Shown: positions 25,104 to 32,000 of the stretch, one piece after another
How the letters are laid out: the number at the start of each line of letters is the position of its first letter
How positions within the stretch are numbered: position 1 is the first letter of the stretch
Assembly: GCA_942491735.1 (NCBI GenBank)
Contig: CALOCN010000014.1
Coordinates: forward strand, 17,642-49,641
Source of the DNA: Candidatus Eiseniibacteriota bacterium
GTDB lineage: Bacteria; Eisenbacteria; RBG-16-71-46; JABDJR01
Direction: 5' to 3'
Length of the DNA stretch: 32,000 nt
The notes under the pieces: model-generated
What the model was told of the DNA's origin: nothing
Seen by the model: only the letters and a program-made list of their open reading frames with translations
Database searches by the model: none
Program-made: the position numbers and the translations under genes

Positions 25104-25966
25104 TTGATGTAGCGAATCCTACCAGTCCTGCAGTTGTTTCCGTGGTTTCGGCCGCAGGCCAGAGTAACTGCGATGCCATCGCTGCCCAAGGTTCGATGGT
25201 TTATCTAAGAGAGGGAGAATCGGTCCATGCGATTGACGTCACCAACCCTGCGGTTCCGGTACGTTTGGGAGAGATTGTAGCGTTGGGTGCTCCCCACGAC
25301 ATGATGGTTTCCGGAGGACTTCTCTACGTGGGGACGGGCACAGAGTACAACTACATTGATCATGGCCTTCGCATCCTGCCCACGCACTGCGAACAGCCGG
25401 TTCCCGTTCGGTTGTCCTCGTTAACGGCGTCGGTCGTTTCCGGAGGCGTCGCACTCGCTTGGCACACATCCTCTGAGCGCCGCCACGCGGGGTTCCATGT
25501 CTATCGGCGGGACGGGGAGTCGGAAGATTTCCTTCTCATGAATAGCGAGCTGATCGTGGGGGGGCCCGACTACACGTTCAACGACGTATCCGCGACTCCT
25601 GGTAGCCGTTACGAGTACGTGCTGGAGTCGGTTTCCAGCGATGGGGCCAGGGAGCGTCTTGGGTCGGTCGGGATTGCAGTGCCCATTGGCGGTGCCTTGG
25701 CCTTGAAGGCCCATCCCAATCCGGCCGTTGGCTCAACGACCCTTGAGTTCGCACAGCCCGCCCCCGGCCGGGTCCGCATTCGGATTGTCGGCGTTTCCGG
25801 TCGCCTCGTGCGTGATCTTATCGATGAGAACCGCTTGGCGGGGAGCTATGTCGAGTCGTGGGACTTGAAGGAGGCCGGTGGAAGCCGAGTGCGTGCCGGA
25901 GTGTACTTTGCCCAGATTGTCGCTGGATCTGAGAAGAAAGTTGTGCGGGTAGTGGTTCTGCCGTAG
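25046..25966 (+). CDS. C-terminal part of the same LVIVD-repeat protein, with an Ig/FN3-like domain and a T9SS/FlgD-type C-terminal sorting domain
   Basis: In the -1 frame the repeat continues seamlessly (LALAGTSLCVAEFNNGLVVIDVANPTSPAVV...). The C-terminus LKAHPNPAVGSTTLEFAQPAPGRVRIRIVGVSGRLVRDL..GVYFAQIVAGSEKKVVRVVVLP matches the T9SS type-A/FlgD Ig-like CTD pattern. Confidence 0.75.
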   Translation: MALAGTSLCVAEFNNGLVVIDVANPTSPAVVSVVSAAGQSNCDAIAAQGSMVYLREGESVHAIDVTNPAVPVRLGEIVALGAPHDMMVSGGLLYVGTGTEYNYIDHGLRILPTHCEQPVPVRLSSLTASVVSGGVALAWHTSSERRHAGFHVYRRDGESEDFLLMNSELIVGGPDYTFNDVSATPGSRYEYVLESVSSDGARERLGSVGIAVPIGGALALKAHPNPAVGSTTLEFAQPAPGRVRIRIVGVSGRLVRDLIDENRLAGSYVESWDLKEAGGSRVRAGVYFAQIVAGSEKKVVRVVVLP

Positions 25967-25980
25967 CTGCAAGGCTGGTG

Positions 25981-26001
25981 GGGGGCTGTGCGTCAGCCCC
26001 C
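25981..26001. terminator. GC-rich hairpin GGGGGCTG-tgcgt-CAGCCCCC between convergent genes
   Basis: Perfect 8-bp stem with a 5-nt loop, read directly, 15 nt after the LVIVD gene stop (25964-25966). No U-tract, as is common in high-GC genomes. Confidence 0.35.
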
Positions 26002-26102
26002 TGCCCCGCATCCTGGGACGCACGGGTGACAGCGGTTCCGGGAGTGCCCCCACCACGCCGCTGCAAATGACCCTCGCCACGCCTGCAAGTCGCGCGGAAC
26101 AG

Positions 26103-27285
26103 CTACCCCCGCAACGGCGCCTGACACCAAGGCCGAACCGTCACCGGCACGCTTTCCAGTCGTGTCTCGATGGCCCGATCCAGATGCGGCAGCGCCTGGG
26201 CTGTGAACGCGTCCACTTCCGCAATGAACGGATTGAACGCGTGGACCAATCGCACAACGGGATGGCGACTGCGCGGGCGTGCGCGTAGCCGCTGCCACTC
26301 CTGCATCGCCGAACGGACCTCTTCCAGGACGCTGAGCGCACCCTCCACCCCACGGCCCTTCGTCCACCTGGGGCCACAAGGAAGCCTGCGTATCAAACAC
26401 CACCGCGTCCAGGATGGGCTGTCCGATCCGGTAGGCGATCTCCTCGCAGCTGAATCGCACCGTGTCCACCCGCGATTCGGTGAAGTTGTCGTCGGGAATG
26501 GGATCGGCACCGTAGATGATGTCATTGCGAAGGCCAAGAGACGCCAGGAGGTAGCCCGGTTTCCTCAGCCAGTCCAAAGACTCTTGGTTCGCGTGCATCA
26601 CGGGGCCGATGTCGCGCGAGGACCCAGTGGTTGGCATCCACTCCGGTTTCCATAGCGGGACCAGGTACTCCAGAAGGACCACGAAGAGGATCAACTGAAC
26701 CCTGCCATCCGGCACCCGCGAGATTGCCGGAATGCTGCGCTTTCCCGGGGGAAGCACGTGGGGCGCCGCTCCCTTCCTGGAATACGACTCCGAGGGGGGA
26801 TGGATCCGGCAGAGGAAGCGGTAGGCCGTCTCGGCAAAATCTTCCCGGGGTTCGACATTCCAGTGATACGGAGACGCGAGCGGGCCACGGCTCAGGCAAC
26901 GGGTCAAGTCCTGCATGGCCTCGTTCATGTCCGACGCCCACCAGAGCGCCCCGTCCAACTCATCCCAGGGCGGGGTCAGGTGTTGGGTTTGCGGGTTCTC
27001 TTTGCCAATCAGGGACCCGTAGATCCGCAGGTGCAGGTCGGCCGATTCACGGATGTCTTCCGGGCTGGCGGGGGTGGGGTCGCCCGCGTGGGCAACCTGA
27101 TTCCGAACGTCCCAAAGGGAGCGTTCGCCCTCCTGTGCAAGTCCTCGGGACAGGATGTCGTCAAAGGTAAGCGTCACTTCCCGGTCTTCCACGATGAGAC
27201 CCTGGATGCCGGCCCGGGCCAGGATCACGCGCACCGCGTCGTCAGGGATGGCTTCGATGTCCTCGATGCGAACCAGGAAGCTCAT
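26103..27285 (-). CDS. hypothetical protein with an apparent +1 frameshift near 26348-26351
   Basis: ATG 27285 overlaps the stop of the upstream membrane-protein gene (ATGA). The frame starting at 27297/27285 is protein-like until ..LWPQVDEGPW (nt ~26350) and then becomes Gly/Ala/Arg-rich junk up to 25993. The +1 frame from ~26348 (VEGALSVLEEVRSAMQEWQRL..AFNPFIAEVDAFTAQALPHLDRAIETRLE) is protein-like and stops at 26103. Confidence 0.6.
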
Positions 27286-27725
27286 GCCAACGGCCACACC
27301 CCGCCGACCAGGGTGCCGGCCGCGACCAGTGCGAGCACACTGAGGACGCCGATCAACAACTGCTCACCAAGGAGTGATCGCCAAGCCGTCTTGTCGTAGA
27401 CCCCGGCGGCGAAAGTCAGGCGATGCGACCTGTTGCGCGAGCCGCAGTCGGGGCACGCCGACCGATGTGGCCAGTGCCCAAGGAGGGGCTTCTCGCAAAC
27501 GCAGATTGGCGAGACGAGCCGCATAAGGCGATGGCGCTCCAGGCCGTTCACGACCATCCTGCCGGCGACCAGGCCAACACTCAGACACAGGACCGCGGCC
27601 AGGACGCCCGGTACGGCCAAGCCGGAGCGGAAGGCCGCACCGAGGAGTGCGCCCAGCGCCATGACCCCGGAAAACAAGGCCAGGGGCAGCCAGAAGATCC
27701 ACTGGAGGAGTTCAAGAACCTTCAT
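27282..27725 (-). CDS. small membrane protein with a cytoplasmic Cys-rich (zinc-ribbon-like) insert
   Basis: 147 aa with three hydrophobic helices (WIFWLPLALFSGVMALGALLGAAF, VPGVLAAVLCLSVGLVAG, LLIGVLSVLALVAAGTLVGGVW). A CVC...CPDC cluster lies between helices 2 and 3. Confidence 0.7.
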   Translation of the reverse strand: MKVLELLQWIFWLPLALFSGVMALGALLGAAFRSGLAVPGVLAAVLCLSVGLVAGRMVVNGLERHRLMRLVSPICVCEKPLLGHWPHRSACPDCGSRNRSHRLTFAAGVYDKTAWRSLLGEQLLIGVLSVLALVAAGTLVGGVWPLA

Positions 27726-27875
27726 GGCCGCATCGTATCTTCTCGTGACGGATCCATGTCAACCGGCCTCACGTCCACGCCTCCACTCGTATCACTCTCC
27801 CGTACCCGCCTTCCAGCTAGTTGCGCGAGCGGTGCGGTATTGCCCGCCCCTCGTTTCCAACTACCCTCCCACCCC

Positions 27876-30509
27876 ATGACTTCCCTCACCGGTCGCCGCC
27901 TCGCCCACTACGAGATCCTGGACAAACTGGGCCAAGGCGGCATGGGTGAGGTGTACCGAGCCCGCGACACCTCCTTGGACCGGGAGGTGGCCATCAAGCT
28001 CCTCCCCGAGCACTTTTCCCAGGACCCCCAACGCCTGGCGCGGTTCGAGCGCGAGGCCAAGCTCCTGGGGTCGCTCAACCACGGCAACATTGCTGCGGTG
28101 TACGGGCTGCACCTGGAGGGGGAGCACCGATTCCTGGCCATGGAACTGGTGCCCGGAAACGATCTGGCCCATACCCTGGCCCAGGGGCCGCTCCCCGTGG
28201 ACGAGGCCTTGGCCATCGCCGCCCAAGTCGCCGAAGCGTTGGAGACCGCCCACGCCAACGGGATCGTCCACCGCGATCTCAAGCCGGCCAACATCATGGT
28301 CACACCGGAGGGCAAGGCCAAGGTGCTGGACTTCGGTCTGGCCAAGTCGGCGGATCCCGAAGGGCCGGACTCGTCGGTCCTGCTCACCCAGTCGCCCACG
28401 CTCACCGCCGGGGTCGCCGCATCGCACCAGACCGTCTCGGGTTCCATTCTTGGCACCGCCGCCTACATGAGCCCCGAGCAGGCGCGCGGCAAGCCCACCG
28501 ATGGCCGCACCGATATCTGGGCCTTTGGCTGTGTCCTCTACGAGATGCTCACCGGCACGGCGCCCTTCAGCGGCGAGACCCTCACCGATAGCATCGCCGC
28601 CATTATTCATACGGAGGTGGATTTCGGGAAACTGCCGGAGAACCTCCCCCCGGGGGCGCGCCATGTCCTGCGCCGCTGCTTGACCCGGGATCGCGACCTG
28701 CGACAGCAGTCCATGGGAGACGTGCGGGTGGAGCTCACCGAGGCCCGCACCCAACCGCAGCTCTGGGAGTCGGTCACGGGGATGCCCGCCGCACCGGTCG
28801 CCCCCTCGCCCGCCAACCGCGCCCGCTCCGCACTGGGTGTGCTGGCCGTGGCTGCGGCCGGCGTGCTGGGGTTCGTGCTGGCCGTCGTGTTCGGCGTGGG
28901 CGGCTCATCGCCCGAGCCGGTCGAGCCGCGCACCATCGAGATCCCCATCGCCGACCTCGACAACAGCGTGATCCCCTGTTTATCCCCAGACGGGGAGTGG
29001 ATCGCCTTCATCCGTAACGACGAACTCTGGATCCGTTCGACCCGCACGCTCACCGAGCGCAAGCTGCAGACCGCCGGTCGCGCCTACGAGATGGCGTGGT
29101 CGCCCGACAGTCGATCCGTCGCCTACCATACGGTCGACGCCATGTACCGATCCGGCATCGACGGCGGCGACTCCCAGCTCGTCTGCGACCTGCCCACGAA
29201 CTGGGTTCGCGGCGCCGGTCTGACCTGGACCGACCGCGGGATCCTCTTTGCCCAGGGCTCGTCGGGGTTGCAGCGCGTCCCCGAGACCGGGGGCGCGATC
29301 GAGACCATCCTGGAGCAGGTTCCCGACGGGGAGCACTTCCATCGTCCGTCCCCCCTGCCGGGTGGACTCGGCTATGTCTATGCGAGCCACGGCAGCGACG
29401 GCGACGTGGTGCTGGAGGCCCTGCTGCAGGGTGAGCGCCGTGAGCTGCACCGGGCGCCCGGTGTCCGCCTGGAGGAGCCGATCTGGTCCCCCACCGGGCA
29501 CATCCTCTACCGGCGCGAGACGGACAACCCGGGCATCTGGGCCCTCCCGGTCTCGGGACCGGATCTCGGCAACGTGGGTCAACCGTTCCGGGTGGTGGCC
29601 AACGGGTACTCGGCTTCGGTGGACGCGCACGGCAACCTGTTCCAGATCATCGGGAGGATGGGGGTGAACACGCAGGGGGCGTGGGTGGACACCAGTGGAC
29701 GGGTCGTGGAACGGGTGGATCGACCGTTCCGTGGGTTCGAGAACCCGCGACTCTCGCCGGACGGTACTCGCATCGCCGCGGCTCGGGCCGAGACCGGCAG
29801 CCCGGATGTCTGGGTCCTGGACCTGGTGCGGGGCGGCTGGAGCCGGGTGACCTTCAGCGAGGAGCCTGATTTCGATCCGGTCTGGCTCCCCGATAGCCGG
29901 TCCCTGCTGTATGCCCATCTGGGCACGGTGCTCAAGGCCGACATCACGGGATCCCGCGACCATGAGTACGTGGCCACGCTCCAGAGCCACGATGTGGATC
30001 GCAACGGTAGGTGGCTGGTGGGGCTCAAGTCCAGCATGGGAAGCGGTCCGGATGTCTGGGCGTTCGATTTGACGACCGGAGACTCGCTGGTCGTGGTGGG
30101 AACCGAGGCTCGCGAAGGTTCGCCCCGCATTTCTCCCGACGGTCGCTACCTTCTGTATCCGTCGGATGAATCGGGACGTGCCGAGATCTACCTCACCACC
30201 ATGCCCACCGCGGACAAGCGCTGGCAGGTCTCGGTGGACGGCGGAAACTGGCCCCAGTGGAGCCCGGACGGCCGCACCATCTACTTCGAGTCGGCGGAGT
30301 CCGTATACCGGGTCAGGTTCGCCGAGGATCCGGAGGTTGTTCTGTCGACGCCCGAGTATCGGTTCGCCTTCGCCAACGACCTGGAGTACGTGTCCGATTT
30401 TTCCATGGAGCGGGGCCTGTTCCTGGGGGTCGCGCGCGCCCAGGACGAAGACGACATTGAGCATCCGATCCGCATTACCCTGGGGTGGGCGCAGAGCCTG
30501 GATCCATAG
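27876..30509 (+). CDS. Hanks-type Ser/Thr protein kinase with a TM helix and a C-terminal TolB-like (PD40/WD40-like) beta-propeller
   Basis: ATG 27876 yields MTSLTGRRLAHYEILDKLGQGGMGEVYRARD. Kinase motifs are AIKLL, HRDLKPANIMV, DFGLA and GTAAYMSPEQ. The TM helix is ALGVLAVAAAGVLGFVLAVVFGV. PD40-type repeats follow (SPDGEWIAF, WSPDSRSVAY, LSPDGTRIAA, ISPDGRYLLY, WSPDGRTIYF). The listed start 27423 overlaps the divergent membrane-protein gene. Confidence 0.9.
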   Translation: MTSLTGRRLAHYEILDKLGQGGMGEVYRARDTSLDREVAIKLLPEHFSQDPQRLARFEREAKLLGSLNHGNIAAVYGLHLEGEHRFLAMELVPGNDLAHTLAQGPLPVDEALAIAAQVAEALETAHANGIVHRDLKPANIMVTPEGKAKVLDFGLAKSADPEGPDSSVLLTQSPTLTAGVAASHQTVSGSILGTAAYMSPEQARGKPTDGRTDIWAFGCVLYEMLTGTAPFSGETLTDSIAAIIHTEVDFGKLPENLPPGARHVLRRCLTRDRDLRQQSMGDVRVELTEARTQPQLWESVTGMPAAPVAPSPANRARSALGVLAVAAAGVLGFVLAVVFGVGGSSPEPVEPRTIEIPIADLDNSVIPCLSPDGEWIAFIRNDELWIRSTRTLTERKLQTAGRAYEMAWSPDSRSVAYHTVDAMYRSGIDGGDSQLVCDLPTNWVRGAGLTWTDRGILFAQGSSGLQRVPETGGAIETILEQVPDGEHFHRPSPLPGGLGYVYASHGSDGDVVLEALLQGERRELHRAPGVRLEEPIWSPTGHILYRRETDNPGIWALPVSGPDLGNVGQPFRVVANGYSASVDAHGNLFQIIGRMGVNTQGAWVDTSGRVVERVDRPFRGFENPRLSPDGTRIAAARAETGSPDVWVLDLVRGGWSRVTFSEEPDFDPVWLPDSRSLLYAHLGTVLKADITGSRDHEYVATLQSHDVDRNGRWLVGLKSSMGSGPDVWAFDLTTGDSLVVVGTEAREGSPRISPDGRYLLYPSDESGRAEIYLTTMPTADKRWQVSVDGGNWPQWSPDGRTIYFESAESVYRVRFAEDPEVVLSTPEYRFAFANDLEYVSDFSMERGLFLGVARAQDEDDIEHPIRITLGWAQSLDP

Positions 30510-30555
30510 GAGATCGGTTCCCAACCCTCAACTCAACCCCCCAACCCGCCGAAAA

Positions 30556-30580
30556 CCTCCGGGTACCCCTTTACCGGAGG
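30556..30580 (+). promoter_or_regulatory. hairpin CCTCCGG-(11 nt)-CCGGAGG that includes the SD of the next gene; possibly also the terminator of the kinase gene
   Basis: 7-bp perfect arms at 30556-30562 and 30574-30580, read directly. The right arm contains GGAGG, 5 nt upstream of ATG 30586. Confidence 0.3.
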
Positions 30581-30585
30581 CTCCC

Positions 30586-31155
30586 ATGTCGAACGAGATC
30601 AAGTACTGGTGGCTTGGCTTCAAGACCCGCCCCAATTCCGCCAGCGAGCGGGGCATTTTCCAGGACACCTATCTCCAGGCGTTCCTGGATGGTCACGCCG
30701 ACCACTACGGCTGGCCGACGGTGGGGAGCTCGGATAGCTATGCCCGGTACGATGCGATGTCCCGGGGGGATCATGTGGTCCTCTATTGCGGCGGGGGATC
30801 CGGTCAACCGGACGACTACGGCGTGCTGGCCTTCGCCACCATCATGGACCGCACGGAACCGGGTGAGCTTCCCGGCGAGGGCATCATCAAGCTGGGTCGC
30901 CTGGAACGGTTCGCACCCATTCTTCCCTTCAACAGCGAAAACGATGGAACGGAACGCACCGAGGACTCGGATTTCCTGTGGGATCTCATGGGATCCGAAT
31001 TCCTGCCGTTGCATGACGTCTATAACCGGCTGGGCTACACCGAGAGCGAACGCCAGGCGGTGACCGTGTGGGATCTGGAACCCAAGCAGTACTGGGCAAT
31101 GCATCGGCGAGCGGAGCGCGTGTTGTTGGAGGGGATGGAGCGGCGCGCGGCGTAG
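30586..31155 (+). CDS. hypothetical cytoplasmic protein, possibly PUA-like/EVE-type fold (tentative)
   Basis: ATG 30586 has a GGAGG SD. The N-terminus KYWWLGFK...W....Y..MSRGDHVVLYCGG....YGVLAFATI resembles the EVE/PUA-like pattern (yW..k....W......mk.GD.v..Y......i.g...v). The listed start 30166 overlaps the kinase gene. Confidence 0.65.
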   Translation: MSNEIKYWWLGFKTRPNSASERGIFQDTYLQAFLDGHADHYGWPTVGSSDSYARYDAMSRGDHVVLYCGGGSGQPDDYGVLAFATIMDRTEPGELPGEGIIKLGRLERFAPILPFNSENDGTERTEDSDFLWDLMGSEFLPLHDVYNRLGYTESERQAVTVWDLEPKQYWAMHRRAERVLLEGMERRAA

Positions 31156-31162
31156 GCGTTCC

Positions 31163-32000
31163 CTAACCCGCCGCGTACTCCTCCCGCAACAACTCGAGGA
31201 ACAGTCGCCCCCCTCTCCCCGGCGCCTCGCCCCGCCTGTGCACCAGGTACGGGGTAAACCGATAGCGCGCCCCGTCCACCGCATCCACCTCGGCCAGTTC
31301 CCCCGCATCCAGGGCCTCGCCCGCAAGGTGCATGGGCAACCACCCGAACCCGACCCCTCCCAGCAGCGCCTCCCGCTTGCTATGGAAGTCCGATAGCTCG
31401 AATTGCTGCCGTGCATCGAAGCCAATGTCGTGCGGCCGGTCGGACCGCTCGCTTCCCGAGTCCGCGACCAACAGCTCCACGGATTCCCGCAACCCCTCAC
31501 GCGTCACCCCCTGTACCCCCGCCAACGGATGATCGCAGTGGACGACCAGCACCATCTCGATGGGGGCCAGCGCTTCCCCTTCCAGCGCGGCATCCGGGGT
31601 CCAATCCAGGCTGAGCATGAGATCCGCCCGGTCGGTCTCGAACCGCTCCCGCACCCCGCCCAGGTACTCGACCATGAGCCGCACCTGGGTGGGAACCTGC
31701 TCGGCGCTGAACCGCTTGAGTGCGCGCATGACCGGAGGCAGGGGGAAAATCCCGTCCAGCACCACCTCCAGCCGCGGCTCCCACCCCTCGCGCAGCTGAC
31801 GCGCCACCGCATCCAGCTGCAGGGCCGGGCCCAGGACTTTCCGCGCCTCCTCGAGAATCGTCTTCCCGGCCGGGGTCAACACGGCGCGATGCCCGGAGCG
31901 ATCGAACAGTTCCAATCCCAACGACTCTTCCAACGCCCGTACCGCGTAGCTCACGGCAGAGGTGGCACGGTGCGTCTCCCGGGCCGCCGCGGCAAAGCTG
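31163..32000 (-). CDS. LysR-family transcriptional regulator, 5'-truncated by the window edge
   Basis: The minus-strand frame stays open to base 32000 (..SFAAAARETHRATSAVSYAVRALEESLGLELFDRSGHRAVLTPAGKTILEEAR is the LysR HTH). It is followed by a typical LysR substrate-binding domain. Confidence 0.9.
   Translation of the reverse strand, partial: SFAAAARETHRATSAVSYAVRALEESLGLELFDRSGHRAVLTPAGKTILEEARKVLGPALQLDAVARQLREGWEPRLEVVLDGIFPLPPVMRALKRFSAEQVPTQVRLMVEYLGGVRERFETDRADLMLSLDWTPDAALEGEALAPIEMVLVVHCDHPLAGVQGVTREGLRESVELLVADSGSERSDRPHDIGFDARQQFELSDFHSKREALLGGVGFGWLPMHLAGEALDAGELAEVDAVDGARYRFTPYLVHRRGEAPGRGGRLFLELLREEYAAG

Noticed and set aside
23600-25300. Periodic LVIVD-repeat region considered as a DNA tandem repeat or CRISPR-like array
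   Set aside because: The periodicity is at the protein level only (~40-45 aa repeats with divergent codons). There are no identical DNA repeats or unique spacers.
25993-26345. C-terminal 117 codons of the listed 434-aa ORF (25993-27297)
   Set aside because: The composition switches to Gly/Ala/Arg/Pro junk exactly at a homopolymer, while the +1 frame is protein-like and ends at 26103. I treat this as a frameshift artefact rather than real coding sequence.
1-32000. Search by eye for rRNA, tRNA, CRISPR arrays, IS elements/transposases, integrases, and phage structural genes
   Set aside because: None recognised. The intergenic regions are short (mostly <200 bp) and contain no cloverleaf-like or repeat-spacer structure that I could see. 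A proper tRNAscan/Infernal/ISfinder run would be needed to exclude small elements.

Overview
High-GC bacterial window, probably from an uncultured FCB-group-like organism (a weak guess from T9SS/FlgD-type C-terminal domains and the domain repertoire). It holds about 24 protein-coding genes. I recognised no rRNA, tRNA, CRISPR array, transposase or integrase. Two blocks stand out. (i) 8926-16208 (+) is a co-directional four-gene cluster. It encodes a stand-alone RyR-domain protein, a 692-aa protein with a classical AAA+ module, a membrane protein with a TrkA_N (NAD-binding) domain plus two RyR repeats, and a 1021-aa WD40-Roc-COR-Zn-ribbon-TIR protein. I read it as a candidate undescribed NTPase-switched, NAD-linked conflict/defence-type system. 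(ii) 1380-6756 (-) is a translationally coupled four-gene operon of unknowns: an 843-aa charge-block protein, a HEAGH metallopeptidase-like protein, an acidic coiled-coil protein and a 357-aa protein. It lies directly downstream of an atypical LuxR-type response regulator. The remaining genes are an OM barrel, a DM13 lipoprotein, an MBL hydrolase, a quinone oxidoreductase, NHL and LVIVD beta-propeller secreted proteins, two Hanks-type Ser/Thr kinases (one co-transcribed with an ECF sigma factor), a possible PUA/EVE-like protein and a LysR regulator. Two genes (the LVIVD protein and the 26103-27285 gene) carry apparent single-base frameshifts in short G/C runs. All domain calls are by-eye motif recognition from the translations; no database search or computation was run.
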